DNA of 64,000 nt from positions 62,001 to 126,000 of the forward strand of contig CBDAVP010000003.1 of assembly GCA_965201075.1 (NCBI GenBank), given 5' to 3'. Source of the stretch: Isosphaeraceae bacterium (GTDB taxonomy: Bacteria > Planctomycetota > Planctomycetia > Isosphaerales > Isosphaeraceae). The translations under genes and the position numbers were made by a program. The notes beneath the pieces were generated by a model. That model was not told where the DNA came from, made no database searches, and saw only the letters and a program-made list of their open reading frames with translations. Shown one piece after another: positions 46,964 to 59,000 of this stretch (its first letter is position 1; every line of letters starts with the position of its first letter).

Positions 46964-47749
46964 ATGGTCGCCAGCGAAGCGTATCGGGCGGGTCGGCTGG
47001 GTGAGGCGATCGAGGCCCAGGTCCGCGAGGTCAAGGCGCATCCGGTCGACACCGGGGCGCGGATGTTCCTGTTCGAGCTTCTGGCCTTCGCCGGGGAGTA
47101 CGACCGGGCCCGCCGCCAGATCGAGGCGATCCGTTGCGAGCAGCCCGCTCAGCAGGCGGCCCTTGCGGCGTATCACGGGCTACTGGACTCGGAGTCGGCC
47201 CGTCGGCGGCTCTTTCAGGAGGGCATGCCCCCCAAGTTCCTGGCCGAACCGCCGGCTCATGTCCGCCTTCGCCTGGAGGCAGTCAAGGACCTGCGCGAGG
47301 GGCGTGGCGAGGAGGCCAGTCGTCGATTGGAGGAAGCCGATCGCCTGGCCGGGACGATTCTGGGAACCGTCAATGGCTCGGCCTGCGAGGGGTTTCGCGA
47401 TGCCGACGGCCTGTTCGGTACGGTCCTTGAGGTCTTCGCCAAGGACGAATATTACTGGGTGCCGCTGGAACAGGTGGATTCGCTGGCGATGGTCGCTCCG
47501 GCCGCGCCTCGGGATCTGATCTGGGTTCCCGCTCGCATCGAGATCCAGGGGTCCAACGGCGAGGTCTTCCTGCCGGCCCTGTATCCTCGAACAGCCGAGC
47601 AGACGGACGACGCGCTGAAGCTCGGGCGAGCGACCGACTGGCTCGAAACTGACGGAGGACCAGTTTTGGGGCTAGGCAGTCGCCAGTTCTTGATGGGAGA
47701 CGGCGACCTCAATATCCTGGAGTGGCGAGAGTTCCGCGCCGGCGGTTGA
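46964..47749 (+). CDS. tagJ: ImpE/SciE (TagJ) family type VI secretion accessory protein
   Basis: G.L.EAI.....VKAHP.D...R.FLFELL..AG...RA..Q, RDAD...G.VLE, Y.WVP, P...RDLIW.P, P.LYP, LGRATDW, GLG.R. Confidence 0.88.
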   Translation: MVASEAYRAGRLGEAIEAQVREVKAHPVDTGARMFLFELLAFAGEYDRARRQIEAIRCEQPAQQAALAAYHGLLDSESARRRLFQEGMPPKFLAEPPAHVRLRLEAVKDLREGRGEEASRRLEEADRLAGTILGTVNGSACEGFRDADGLFGTVLEVFAKDEYYWVPLEQVDSLAMVAPAAPRDLIWVPARIEIQGSNGEVFLPALYPRTAEQTDDALKLGRATDWLETDGGPVLGLGSRQFLMGDGDLNILEWREFRAGG

Positions 47750-47764
47750 GACATGGACAACCGT

Positions 47765-49189
47765 TTACCGACGGGTCGCGGCGTGGTCGGCCAGGTCGTG
47801 AACCGGGTGGGGGTCGCCGGAACGCTCCCGGAGGATGTGCTGGGCGGCCTTTTGTCGCGAGACGATTCCCGGTTGGGGGAAGAGGCCGCCGGCCAGGATG
47901 AGCGCCGAGATCGTCAGGAAGACGAATCGCTCGCGAGGGCCCGCTTCCAGGGAAACCATGGACAGGTGGCGGGCACCGGTGAAGAGGAGGAAGTAGGCCC
48001 GCATCACGGCGATCCCGTTGAGGGCCGCGGTCGCCACGACGAGGATTCCGACGTAGGGGCTCGCCTCGACGGCGCTATCGACCAGAAGTTCGGTCGAAAC
48101 GAACCCGATGGTCCCCGGGAAGCCCACGCAGGCCAGGCCAGTCAGCAAGAAGCAGACGGCCAGGTTGGGGGAATGCTCGTAGAGCCCGTGGAACGAGGTC
48201 AGGGAGAGCCGTCCGTAACGCGATTCGAGCGCCCGCAGGGTGAGACCGAACCCTCCCAGCGAAAGAATCACCCCGTACCAGATGCACAATGAGGCGGTCA
48301 AGGAAAGCTCTGTCGTCAGTTCCAGCCCAACCAGCACGAGTGAGGCGTGACTGAGGAAGAACGACGCGAAGAACCGTCGAGTGTCGCGCTGAATGGTGGA
48401 CATGGCCGCCGAATAGAGGGCCGTCCCCAGGGAAAGCAGGCCGATCGACCGCAAGACCCATTCCGGCGCGATTGGCAAGGCCAGGCGATACGCGGCGTAG
48501 ACGCCTCCCAAGGGCGCGACCGACAGCAGGGCGATTCCGAAGGAGGCGTGCTCGAACCAGTCGGAAACCCAGCAATGGGCCGGAACCGTTCCGCAGCGGA
48601 TCAAGATCGCCAGCATCAAAGGGGCCGTCGCCCACCAGGGGGAGGGGCCGGTCGCGTGGCCAACCGCCTCGATGATCGCCCAGCCGGCCACCAGCAAACC
48701 GACATAGGTCGCCATGTGCAGGACGTAGACCCTCGTGGGACGTTGCCGGTTACGCAGCTCGACGTAGGGGGGGATCGTCGCGACGGCCAGCAGGGCGATC
48801 AGGGGCCAGGGGGTCTTGCAACTGAAGGTCGCCAGGCGAAGGGCCTCGGCCGTCAGGGACCACGAGAACGAGAACCGCCGCATGTGCGTCCGGGCCGTCG
48901 CCAGGGTCGTCAGGAAGTGAAGCAGGGCGATGACGGGGATCAGCGGGGCGCTCAGTTCGTCGACATCGAACAGGCGTTGGCCAAACAGGTCAGGTTGGGC
49001 GCTCCAGCGCGGGGGCGAGCCCAGGAAGTAGCCGAGGCTCGCCAGAACCGCGCACAGGAACGATGCCCCGGTGAAGGCGAGACTCCAGCGAAACGCCCGG
49101 TCGGGCTCTCGCAGTCGGCTGATGAGGATCGCGCCCAGGATGGGGATCGCGATCGCGAGTTCGAGCCAGGGGACGTTGAGCAAGTTCAT
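47765..49189 (-). CDS. NuoM/MrpD-like proton-conducting membrane subunit (degenerate), third gene of DAB locus
   Basis: About 14 [37 protein letters not shown]-coupled to the upstream gene. Confidence 0.85.
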   Translation of the reverse strand: MNLLNVPWLELAIAIPILGAILISRLREPDRAFRWSLAFTGASFLCAVLASLGYFLGSPPRWSAQPDLFGQRLFDVDELSAPLIPVIALLHFLTTLATARTHMRRFSFSWSLTAEALRLATFSCKTPWPLIALLAVATIPPYVELRNRQRPTRVYVLHMATYVGLLVAGWAIIEAVGHATGPSPWWATAPLMLAILIRCGTVPAHCWVSDWFEHASFGIALLSVAPLGGVYAAYRLALPIAPEWVLRSIGLLSLGTALYSAAMSTIQRDTRRFFASFFLSHASLVLVGLELTTELSLTASLCIWYGVILSLGGFGLTLRALESRYGRLSLTSFHGLYEHSPNLAVCFLLTGLACVGFPGTIGFVSTELLVDSAVEASPYVGILVVATAALNGIAVMRAYFLLFTGARHLSMVSLEAGPRERFVFLTISALILAGGLFPQPGIVSRQKAAQHILRERSGDPHPVHDLADHAATRR

Positions 49190-50625
49190 AGCAGCTCTTC
49201 GATCGTGCCGAACTGAGGGTTCACCTGAGCCGGCTCCCGAGACGACGCGCCGGAAAGTGAGTCGGTCCAGCGCCGTTCCAGCCGGTCACACCAGCGCATG
49301 ACCCGAACAAATGGGTCGACGTAGTACCGCATCAGCAAGGCGTCGAGGAACCCGCGTTCCAGCCCCAGACGATAGAGTTGGGCCCGCAACCGGTTGGTCC
49401 CTACCCGCCGCCAGACGTTGCTGGCCTTGGGCAGGTTGCGGCCGATGGCGTTCTCCAGGCTCCGGTAATCTTTCAGCAGGCTCGGCGCCCGGACGAACTG
49501 AAGCGTCCGCAGGCTGGCATGCCCCAGGATGTGAACCAGGGGGATGTAATACCAAAGGTGATGCGGCGGGGAATTCGCGGTGCCAAAGGTGGAGACCGTG
49601 CCAATCTCGGCCACGATGATCCCCACCTGTGTCAGCGAGGCGAACGAAAGCGCCGACTTGATATCGGTCTGAACGCTTCCCGCCAGATAGGCCAGCAAGG
49701 CGGTCGTCAGCCCCAGGATCACGATCACCATGCAGAGCCAGAAGCAATGTTCCAGCAGGGAGTTGACCCTCAGCAGCAAGAACGCGCCGAGGTGCACGGA
49801 GAGGGCCCCGTAAAAGATGGCGCTCGAGGGAGTTGGCCCTTCCATTGCCTTGGGCAACCAACCAGAGAAGGGGACCAGCGCCGACTTTCCCGCCGCGGCG
49901 ACCAGCAGGAGGAGGCCGACCAGCCCCGCCTGGTGAGAACTGATCGTCGAGAACTCATCCGGCCAGGGGCCGGCGCCCAGGAGCTTGTCGAAATCTCCCT
50001 CGCCGTTGATGCGGTGCATCACCACGGCCGCCAGCAAGAGGGCCGCGTCCGAGACTCGGTAGACGGTCCAGACCCAGAGGCCATTGCGGGCCGGCGCGGG
50101 CCGTTCCTGAAAGAACGCGACAAGTAGCGCCGAGGACAGTCCGACCAACTCCCAGCCGGTGAACAGCGTCTCGATCGTCCCGGCCAGCGAGGCGGTCACC
50201 ATGCCCAGCAGAAAGATGGCGTACAGGGTGAAGAAGCGGTTGAACCCGCGCTCTCGGTGCATGTACTGGGCGGCGAAGGCCCCAATCGTTCCCGAAAGAA
50301 CATAAGAAAGGATGGCGAACGGAACCGAGAGCCGGTCGAAGACGAACTTGACCGAGAAGTGGTAATGATGGGGTTCATGGGCGATCGAGACCCACTCACC
50401 CAGGTCGATCGGGACGTGCCGGGTCCCTTGCACCAGCATGATCCCCAGCACGGTCACGGCCGCGACCAGTCCCGAGGCGATGCAGGCGTAAACCAACGTA
50501 GTGGTCACCGCCTCATCCAGCTTCCGGTCCAGCAGCGAGGAGACGCCGAGGATGGCCGTCAAAACCAGCGGGCTGGCGACGGTGACGAGGCCCAGGAACA
50601 GGAACCAGCCACTGGGTTCGCTCAT
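49186..50625 (-). CDS. dabB: NuoL/ND5-like membrane subunit DabB/MpsA
   Basis: [41 protein letters not shown]; coupled to the DUF2309 gene. Confidence 0.85.
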   Translation of the reverse strand: MSEPSGWFLFLGLVTVASPLVLTAILGVSSLLDRKLDEAVTTTLVYACIASGLVAAVTVLGIMLVQGTRHVPIDLGEWVSIAHEPHHYHFSVKFVFDRLSVPFAILSYVLSGTIGAFAAQYMHRERGFNRFFTLYAIFLLGMVTASLAGTIETLFTGWELVGLSSALLVAFFQERPAPARNGLWVWTVYRVSDAALLLAAVVMHRINGEGDFDKLLGAGPWPDEFSTISSHQAGLVGLLLLVAAAGKSALVPFSGWLPKAMEGPTPSSAIFYGALSVHLGAFLLLRVNSLLEHCFWLCMVIVILGLTTALLAYLAGSVQTDIKSALSFASLTQVGIIVAEIGTVSTFGTANSPPHHLWYYIPLVHILGHASLRTLQFVRAPSLLKDYRSLENAIGRNLPKASNVWRRVGTNRLRAQLYRLGLERGFLDALLMRYYVDPFVRVMRWCDRLERRWTDSLSGASSREPAQVNPQFGTIEELL

Positions 50626-53600
50626 GACGAACGCTCCGGACCCGGCGGGGACGACGACGCCCGGTCGATCTCGGCGAACTCCAGGTGTTCTCGCCAGCCC
50701 CGATACCAGTCGGCCGACGACGCCGCGCTCGGCAGCACCGAGACGCCTGGCACGTAAGGTTCAAACTGGCCGTCGCGGAAAACCTGAATGGCCCGAGTCT
50801 CCGGGTCGATCGTCGCGAGCTGGATCCAACCGTTGCGGATTGTCTGGTCAATCATCGGCTGGGCGGCCATGATCTGGAACAAAGCATCGGGGGTCGTCTC
50901 GATGACGAACAGGGCCCGGACCGGCTCGTGAATCTCGACCATCTGCCAGGGCAAGCCGGTCCGCAGGTCGCTGGCGGCGCCGTCCATTACCCCCAACAAC
51001 GACGCCAGGTTGTGCGGCAGCTTGGTTCCCGAGCCGAACCCCTGGTTGTCGACATGGGAGAAGAAATATTCCAGGTTGATCCCCGCGCAAACGGGTACGG
51101 CCGCCTGGAGGATGCGCGTCAGAATCGAATGATGCGGGTCGTCCCGCGAGGGATCGTAGGAGGTCAAGAAGGCGCGACGGTCCAAAAACAACCCGCGCGA
51201 CCACTCTCGGCGTCCCACCACGACAATCGCGTTGGTGGCGTGGCCCAGTTCCGGGCGGGTCTGGGCCAGGTCCTCGGCGCGTTCCTCGACGTGCTGCCGA
51301 GCGGCGGCGAACGAGAGCGTCAACGGGGCTGACATGAACCGTCGACAACGCTCGTGGGCATTGCGGTCCAGGGCCGACTCCACGACCCGCCGGACGTCCG
51401 CGAACTCGTTGCGACGGGCTTCGGGCAGGCGATCGAGGTCGGCATAGGTCACCGAGTCCGTGCAGGTGTTGTGATATCCGCCCACGAACGAGGTTTCGGC
51501 GGGAAGCGCCAGGCCGCGATCGGCGAGTCCCTGGCGGATGCGGGGATCATTGAGCACCTGCGCCAGCGCCCGAGCGTTGGGGCCGCCGGGCGAGCCGCCG
51601 CAGGCCCCGCAGTTGTAGGCCGAGACATAGGGATTGTTCTGGCTGTCGGAACCGTGGCCCAGCAGGACCACCAACGGGGCGAAGCCGGAGGTCAGGCCGA
51701 TGTCGCGCAACAATCGTTCGGCGGCGTCGGTCATCTCGGCGACGTTGAACCCTACCTGGCCGGGGTCGGGACCGGGCATGGGGTAGGCCCGTTCCAGGCG
51801 CAACCGAGTGGCCGGCGGGGTACGGACAATCCGGCCCAGGCCGTGGCGGATGCGGGCCGTCAGTCGAGGGAACAGGATGCGAGCCACCAGCGGGAACGAC
51901 GCCAGCACCCCCAGGGCCCCGGTCAGCAACGCCCCCAGACCCAGTGTCCGGCTCCCGACATGGAACTGGTGAGACGCCGTGCCCAGCGCCCGACGGGTGA
52001 AGGCCCGCCGTCGGTGGCTCCTGTCCAGCTCCTCGCCGACCTCCTCGACAACCCAGTGTTGGGGACGGACGACCACCGGACAGAGCGGGACGAAATGGGC
52101 GTCGGCCGCCCCTCGGTAGTACATCACCATCGCGAAGAAACCGGCCGCGCCGAAGGTCTCGACGCCGGGGTCGAGCTCCTCCATGTGGCGACGGAACGAT
52201 TCCTCACGCTCGTCCAGACAGGTGACGACCTGCCAGCGGGCCGGTTCACGACGCTGAGGCGCCTTCGGAGCGTGGAGGGCGAAGGCGTCGAGTGTTTGGT
52301 TGGCGAACCGCCGCTCGTAGGCGACATGAAACACCCGCCGTCGTTCGATGGCCGAGAACCCCTCGATCTCGCCGATCAGCCGCGACCAGTCGGCCGGGTC
52401 GAGCCGGTGGAGTACGTCGGGGGAAAGGCCGTGGACTTGGGCGAGCTGGAACAGGGGAAAGGCTCGCTGCTCGACGCTGGGCGGCCAGTGGGAAACCAGA
52501 CGAGCTCTCAGCGTCCCCCTCAATGCGTCGAGCGGCCCGTCGTGGTCGAGTGCTTCGAGGGCCGCGTGGGCCAGGGAAAATCGGTCGAGCAGGAGGCGGA
52601 CGGCCACGAACTCCACCAGGCTGCCCGACGCCACCGGCTGCACCGCGCGGTCGCCTCGGTTCTCGATCTGGCGGACCATTCCCCCCCATCCCCGCAAGGC
52701 CAGCAAGGTGGTGGAGAGGAACGCGTCCCATTCCGAGGCCGGCACGCCCAGGACGCGTAACGACTCGCGGACGGAGTCCAATGGGGAAATTCGCTGTTCC
52801 GCCAGCCGAGCGAGCTCCCGTTCCAGTCCGTCCATCCAGCGGGCGGGCGAGCCCCCCGGTTGTCGGTAGAGGTCGCAAAAGGCGCGATAGAACCCGGCAT
52901 CCCGACCGGGCAAAGGCCAGTGGGCGAGCCCTTGGTCCAGGAATGAGGCACAAAAGCGGATCAGAAGGTCGTGGACCGGGGCATCGGCGTCCTCGCCGGT
53001 CGCCTCCAGCAACAGGTCTCGGTGGCGGATCGCCATCGCGGGCGGCGGGGTAAACGCTGGAAGGTGGCGGACCCCGTCGCAGCAGACCCGCCAGAGAGCC
53101 TGAAGGGTGAAGCTCTCCCAGTCGTCGTCGCTCCAGTTCTCCAGGGCCGAGTGCCGGGAGCGGCCGAGGAGTTCGGCCAGGCTTTCGGGAACCCCTTGCC
53201 GAGCCCAGCCCCGAGACGGTCCATCCTTCGACCCGTCGTGCCAGCCCCGCAGGTCGCGCATCACCCAGCGACGGGTCTCGGCGATCAAACGGGCGCGGAC
53301 GGCCGACGACACCTCCTCGCGGACCCTCCGCAACGCATTCGCCTCGGCGACGTACCAGACCAACTCCTCGGTCGGTCCCGTTCGCAGGGGATACTGGAGC
53401 ATCGCCAGGCGTAGGTCTCGTCGCGTGCCGAAGCAGGGGACTGCCAGGTTGGCGTCACCGGCGAGGTCTTGCTCCAGGACCTCTTGCAACTCGGCGAACC
53501 GGATTCGCCCGCGTCGTAGCTCGAAGCGATAGCGATCCTCGGTAAGGTAGGGATGGCAACCGAAGACCGAGGCGGCTTTCTTGATCGCCTCGTCGAAGGG

Positions 53601-53768
53601 AAGATGCTCAAAGGCGTGAAGGGTGTTGTGGTGGATGAAGACGGTGATCGGGCCCTGCGCCGGGAGGAGATGCGCGGCGTGCTCGATCGCCTCGGCGAGT
53701 CGGCCGTGGTCGAACTCCGGCGTTTCAGTCCTCTCCGACGCCTCGGTCGCGGGTTGGGAGAGTGGCAT
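50622..53768 (-). CDS. dabA: DUF2309 beta-carbonic-anhydrase-like subunit DabA/MpsB
   Basis: [40 protein letters not shown]...[51 protein letters not shown]. Confidence 0.95.
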   Translation of the reverse strand: MPLSQPATEASERTETPEFDHGRLAEAIEHAAHLLPAQGPITVFIHHNTLHAFEHLPFDEAIKKAASVFGCHPYLTEDRYRFELRRGRIRFAELQEVLEQDLAGDANLAVPCFGTRRDLRLAMLQYPLRTGPTEELVWYVAEANALRRVREEVSSAVRARLIAETRRWVMRDLRGWHDGSKDGPSRGWARQGVPESLAELLGRSRHSALENWSDDDWESFTLQALWRVCCDGVRHLPAFTPPPAMAIRHRDLLLEATGEDADAPVHDLLIRFCASFLDQGLAHWPLPGRDAGFYRAFCDLYRQPGGSPARWMDGLERELARLAEQRISPLDSVRESLRVLGVPASEWDAFLSTTLLALRGWGGMVRQIENRGDRAVQPVASGSLVEFVAVRLLLDRFSLAHAALEALDHDGPLDALRGTLRARLVSHWPPSVEQRAFPLFQLAQVHGLSPDVLHRLDPADWSRLIGEIEGFSAIERRRVFHVAYERRFANQTLDAFALHAPKAPQRREPARWQVVTCLDEREESFRRHMEELDPGVETFGAAGFFAMVMYYRGAADAHFVPLCPVVVRPQHWVVEEVGEELDRSHRRRAFTRRALGTASHQFHVGSRTLGLGALLTGALGVLASFPLVARILFPRLTARIRHGLGRIVRTPPATRLRLERAYPMPGPDPGQVGFNVAEMTDAAERLLRDIGLTSGFAPLVVLLGHGSDSQNNPYVSAYNCGACGGSPGGPNARALAQVLNDPRIRQGLADRGLALPAETSFVGGYHNTCTDSVTYADLDRLPEARRNEFADVRRVVESALDRNAHERCRRFMSAPLTLSFAAARQHVEERAEDLAQTRPELGHATNAIVVVGRREWSRGLFLDRRAFLTSYDPSRDDPHHSILTRILQAAVPVCAGINLEYFFSHVDNQGFGSGTKLPHNLASLLGVMDGAASDLRTGLPWQMVEIHEPVRALFVIETTPDALFQIMAAQPMIDQTIRNGWIQLATIDPETRAIQVFRDGQFEPYVPGVSVLPSAASSADWYRGWREHLEFAEIDRASSSPPGPERSS

Positions 53769-54055
53769 CGTGGGGAATTGGCCGCCAGGGACCTGGGTCG
53801 AACGCCCTTTGAAGCGAAAGAAGGGCGCAATGGACCGGGAAAACCGGGTATTGCACCCGGGGCCGACTCTGGGCGAGGTCGCGCGGGAGGGTGGGGGGGA
53901 ACCCTGGACCGCTACAGGACAGGCGAAGACCTTCACGCGGGGGGACGACCGAAATTCGTCGTCGTCTTCCACGGGCGATCCACTGAGTCTAGCGTTCCGC
54001 GAAGGCCGCCGCTATCCCGCTGCGATCCCGCTCCCGAGCGTGTCGCCTGGGGACG

Positions 54056-56023
54056 TCAGGGCGACTCGGCCCCGCGCGCTTTCAAGACGGGGAATTCGGT
54101 GATCCGCAGGTTGGTGCAACCATAGGGCAACAGCGACAGGTCAACCAACGGGCCTTCCCCTTCCAGCGGGCTCGGCGGTGGCGGGGCGGCGGCGTTTTTT
54201 TCCAGCTTCCACGATGGGACGAGCCTTCCCCGGGCCTTGCCGACCACCGGGGCCCCCTCGGGCGAGAACGGTCGAGGACCCAACGGCTGGTCCTCGAAGG
54301 TCAACGTCCGCTCGGGGTGCTCCCGGTTGACGACCAGGGCGTAATTCCAGGGGGATTTCGGCAAAACCTCCGATGTGGTGAAGGGAGGGTCGCCCTTCAG
54401 CACTCGCCGCTCCTCCTCGATCTTCAGGACGTACAGCAGGGGACCTCGCGAGATGGTGACGCTGTCGTTGAAGCCGCCCCCCAGGAGGATCGGCATCCCC
54501 AACGTCAGTTGGACCTCGGTCGTCCCCGACCATTCGCGGTCAATGGTGTGAAACGTCCCGGGCCGGGCCACCTGGTGTTCCGCACCAATATCGACCTTCG
54601 CGGAATCCGTCCAGGATGGGATGCGCAGGTGGATCGGGAACTTCGCGGGTCGGTCCATCCGAATCTTCAAGGTGATCTGGTCGCGGAAGGGGTAATCGGT
54701 CACGACGGAAACCCTGGCGGACTGGCCGCCGAGCTGGGTGTCGATTTCGGCCGGGGCGTAGGCGACGAGTACCAGGCCGTCTCCGGGGGTTGTCATTGCC
54801 AGTTGCGACGCGAACTTGGGCCAGCCCTGGTGCATGTTGGCCGTGCAGCAACCGAAGTTCGGCTCCAGGCCGTAGAGGTTCGCGTCGTCGCCATTGCTGC
54901 GATAGACGTGCTCGGGGGCGAGCTTGCAAACGGCCTGGTTCGCCTGCTGGTCGTACTGGTGGGCGCACATGTCGGGTGAGAACGTGGCGGGCAGGGCGTT
55001 GTAGGCGATCCGCTCCAGGCGGTCTCCCAGGGCGGGGTCCGCGTGTAGGCTCATCAACAGTTCGAGAGAGTACATCGCCTCGACCACGGTGCAAAGTTCC
55101 GTCCCCTGAGAGGGGGAGCGGCCCGAGAGGTGCTCGTCGCAGGTAAACATCCCGGTCGCCTGGCCGTGGTGAGTGTCCAACAGGCTCAGCATTCGGCCTG
55201 TCGCGGCTCGGTCGGCGGGATCTCCCGTGAACCGGTAGTGCATTCCGGCGTATTTCCAGGCCATGCCGGTGTTGACGCCGTGGTTGTCCATGTCGGTCGG
55301 CTCGTTGGGACGACCGATATAGGGGTAGTCGGGGCCATACAGTTTTGACCAGTCAAACCCCTGGTGGCGGACCTTGGCGGCGAGCTCGAGCAGCCAGGTC
55401 TCGGGCGAACGCTCCTGAAGCCAGGCGATCGTCACCAGCAGGTCGGCCGAGCGAAATTGGGCCCAGCTATGGAGGGGGGTCCTGGTGATGACCTCGTCAA
55501 TCTTGCGCAGGGCCTTGCGGATCGCGGGGACGACGCGGGGGTCGCCGGTGGCCTCTTGGAACTGAGTCATCGCCTTGAAGACGACGTACAGGGGCCAGGG
55601 ATCATACGCCTCGTGGTTCTGGCTGTCCCCCACCGACCCCAGCCAGCCGTCGGGGGCCTGGTGGTCGAGGATGTAGTCGAGGTACCGGCAAGCCTTGGCC
55701 ATCAGGCGGGGGTCCTCCAGCTCGACGGCCAGGGGGACCAGGCCGTCGAGCCAGTAAGGAGCTCGCTCCCACCCTTCGGCCTTGCCGCCGATCCAGGCCG
55801 AGTCCTTGATGTCCGGCCAGAACTCGTCGAGATGGCCAGTCAGGCCGTCGGCCTGGATGCGCAACTGCTGCTTGAGCCAACCCTTGGGTTTGATCGACCC
55901 CAGGGGCAACGGGTGAAACGCCAGGGGGGTCAGGCCCGATGCGGGCTTCGGTGTGTCTCCCCTGGCGAGGAAAGTCGTCATGGCCAGGACGACAAGGACC
56001 ACCGAGGCTCGGAGGAAGGCCAT
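54056..56023 (-). CDS. GH127-like beta-L-arabinofuranosidase domain protein, secreted
   Basis: Signal peptide; LG.IKP.GWL..QL, WERAPYWLDG, HGVN, TELCTVVE, LERIAYNALP, CCTANMHQGWPK. Confidence 0.88.
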   Translation of the reverse strand: MAFLRASVVLVVLAMTTFLARGDTPKPASGLTPLAFHPLPLGSIKPKGWLKQQLRIQADGLTGHLDEFWPDIKDSAWIGGKAEGWERAPYWLDGLVPLAVELEDPRLMAKACRYLDYILDHQAPDGWLGSVGDSQNHEAYDPWPLYVVFKAMTQFQEATGDPRVVPAIRKALRKIDEVITRTPLHSWAQFRSADLLVTIAWLQERSPETWLLELAAKVRHQGFDWSKLYGPDYPYIGRPNEPTDMDNHGVNTGMAWKYAGMHYRFTGDPADRAATGRMLSLLDTHHGQATGMFTCDEHLSGRSPSQGTELCTVVEAMYSLELLMSLHADPALGDRLERIAYNALPATFSPDMCAHQYDQQANQAVCKLAPEHVYRSNGDDANLYGLEPNFGCCTANMHQGWPKFASQLAMTTPGDGLVLVAYAPAEIDTQLGGQSARVSVVTDYPFRDQITLKIRMDRPAKFPIHLRIPSWTDSAKVDIGAEHQVARPGTFHTIDREWSGTTEVQLTLGMPILLGGGFNDSVTISRGPLLYVLKIEEERRVLKGDPPFTTSEVLPKSPWNYALVVNREHPERTLTFEDQPLGPRPFSPEGAPVVGKARGRLVPSWKLEKNAAAPPPPSPLEGEGPLVDLSLLPYGCTNLRITEFPVLKARGAESP

Positions 56024-56053
56024 GGGAATCTCCTTGACGAGCGAGGCCGAGCG

Positions 56054-59000
56054 TCAACGGCCCAGGACGACCTGGGCACGGGCCGGTGAGTCGGGGACGT
56101 CGATCAACTCGCAGCGGAGCGGTCGGGGGTCGCGATTCGCTCCCAGGCCGAGGTAGATCGAGTGCCGCCCCCGGGCCAGATCCAGCACGAAGTTCGACCC
56201 CGAGGGCCCGGGCTTTCCGTCAATCAGAACAGTTCCCCCCTCGGCGCCCTGCCAATCCAGCCGGACCTTGCCGGGAGTCGAAACGTCCAGATCGAAGGCA
56301 ACGGCCGGAGACCCGACCAGAGCCGACGGGGGCAGAACTCCGGAGACCTCGCCATAAGCCGACTTCCAGCCGGAGGGCGTGCCCGGGACGCCGGGAGGCA
56401 CGGCCACGAGCCAGCGGCGGACAAGGCGTTCCTTGCCCAAGGAAAACGACCCGCCCACCTTCCCCAGTTCGGAGAGGAATCGGACCAGGTCGACGAACTC
56501 GGCATGGGTGAGGCTGTCGGTCAGGCCCGGGGGCATCAGCGAGCCGCCCGGCTTCTGGTCCTCGATGGACGCCAGGGGAATCGCCTGCTCGGCCCCGTCG
56601 GCGTCCCGCAAAACGAGGTTCGTGGCTGACTGACCGATCTTGATCCCGCTGAGAACCCGGCCGTCGTCGGTCGCCACGACTGTTGAGTGATAACCTTCCT
56701 TGACCGCCTTGTCGGGTGTCAGCAATGAGTCAATAACATAGTCGACCGGGGCGCTGCCGCCGAGGCTGGACAGATCCGGACCGACTTGCCCCCCGGCGCC
56801 TCCGATGGCGTGGCAGCCGAGACAATTCAGGCTCGTGTCGCGAAAAATCGCCTCGCCCCGAGCAGGGTTGCCGTCGCGGGTGACCTCGGTGACCAGGGCC
56901 GATCGTTGCTCGGGCGTCAAATCAGCGTGGGCCGCGTCAAGTTTGCCGGAGCGGGTCAGCGCCTCGACTAGCCCTGGTACACTTTGCCCCGATCCTCTCA
57001 CGGTGCGCAGGCCGAGTTTGGCGGCATCCGCGGGCAGATCGCGACCCGAAAGGGCCTGGGCCAGGGCGTTGGGCCCGTCCTTCTGGCGGAGGAAGGCCCG
57101 GTACAACTCGGCGGGATCGCCCGTACCCAGCAGGTCCACGGCCACCCCTGCCGCCGAGGCGATATCCAGCCCCGCCAGCGCCGCCACCGCGAATTTCCGA
57201 TCCTCCTCGGGACGACCCGGGCCGGCCAGGTCGATCAACGCCCGACGACTCTCGGGACCACCCAGGTGGGCCAGGGCCTCGATCGCGGCGTGACGCAATG
57301 GCCCGGGCGTCTTGTCGTCCCCCCGAGCGGCCTCTTCGAGCAGGGGACGCAACGGTTCGACCTTCCACAGCCCAACCGCCCTGGCCGCCTCGGCTTTCAG
57401 GGTTGCATCGTTCGACTGGAGGAGCGGGCCGAGCCTTCCCAGATCTCCAGAGGGCTGGATCTTTCGCGGACCCGTCGCGCGGACCAGGTTGCCGAGCAAG
57501 GTGGACTGTTTTGCCGGAGAGGCCGACGGGTCCACCGCCAGGTTCAGCAGGTTCCCCAGCTCGTCTGGGTTCCCACGCACGGAAATCTGGGCGATGGCGC
57601 TGGCTTCCTGATCCGCGTTGAGCTTTCCCCCGGCCAGCGATTGAATCAGGTAGCCGACGACCTTGGGCGACTCGATGGCCGTCAGGGCCCAGACCAGGTG
57701 GTCGATCCCGCCCAGGTCGGTTTGACCGGCTTCCACCGCCGGCAGCCACTGAGCCTTGAGTTGTCGGCAGGTCAGCCAGACGGCGTAGTCGAGGAATGGG
57801 TCAATCGGTCGGTCGATCGCCTTCAAGGCAAGCTCGGCCGACGAGAGTGAGGGGATGCCGCCCAGCACGCGGACGGCCTCCAGGCGGACCCGGGGATGCT
57901 CGTCAACGACCCGTGACGCCAGCAGCGACAGGGGATCGTCCAGCCGGTCCTTCCAGTGGCCAACCACGCGGACGGCCGCGGCTCGGACGCGATAGTCCGA
58001 TGACGCCAGGAGTTGCGTCAGCAAAGCCGGTCGAGCCACGTCGATGGCCTGATACATCCAGAGGGCTTCCAGACGGTCGTGCCAGGCGTCGGCCGGAAGG
58101 CGATCGGTCCATGCGGCCAATGACGGAAACACGACCTTTGGCCCGCGTTCCTGAAGGACCCGCTTGGCTCGTTGGCGGGTCCACGACTCGGGCGACTTCA
58201 GTTCATCCAGCAGGGCTTCGGTCGTCGCTTCGATCAGTTTTAGTCTGGGCAGGGCCGGCCGCCCCTTGGCGGTGATCCGCCAGATCCGGCCGTGGGTGTG
58301 GTCGCGGCGGGGATCGCGAAAGTCGACCTCGCCATGCTGGATGATCGGGTTGTACCAGTCGGCCACATACAGAGCCCCGTCGGGGCCGAGCTTCACGTCG
58401 ATGGGTCGGAAGGCGCGATGGGTGGTTTTGATCAGTTCGGGCAACTCGCGGGAGGCGAAGCCGGAATTGTCGTCGGAGAGGACGTAGCGGCAGACGCGGT
58501 TGCCCCGGAAGTCGTTGGTGATGAGGTTCCCCTGCCAGTCGTCGGGGAATCCACGCCCTTCCACCTGCTCCAGGCCGCAATCCTTGGGGCTGCCGAGGTT
58601 CAAACCCCGAATGACGCGGGTCGCCGCCGGGTCCATGAAGTAGGAGGCGCCGGGGACGATGTAGTTGATCCCCTCGACTCCCGCGCCGTCGGTGGCGAAC
58701 GTCTGCCCGTAGGTGTCAAAGACCAGGCCCCAGGGGTTGACCAGACCACGGGCGAAGACTTCCAGTCGCATCGTTTCGGGACGGAACTGCCAGAATCCGC
58801 CGCCTCCCAGGCGACGGACGCCGTGGGGGGTCTCGATGTGACTGTGAATGTAGATCGACTGGGCCATGTAGAGCAGGCCCTCGGGACCCCAGTGCAGCGT
58901 GTGCAAGAGGTGGTGGGTGTCCTCGGTACCGAACCCCGAGAGGACAACTCGACGCGAATCGGCCTTGCCGTCGCCGTCGGTGTCCTTGAGGTGGATCAAC

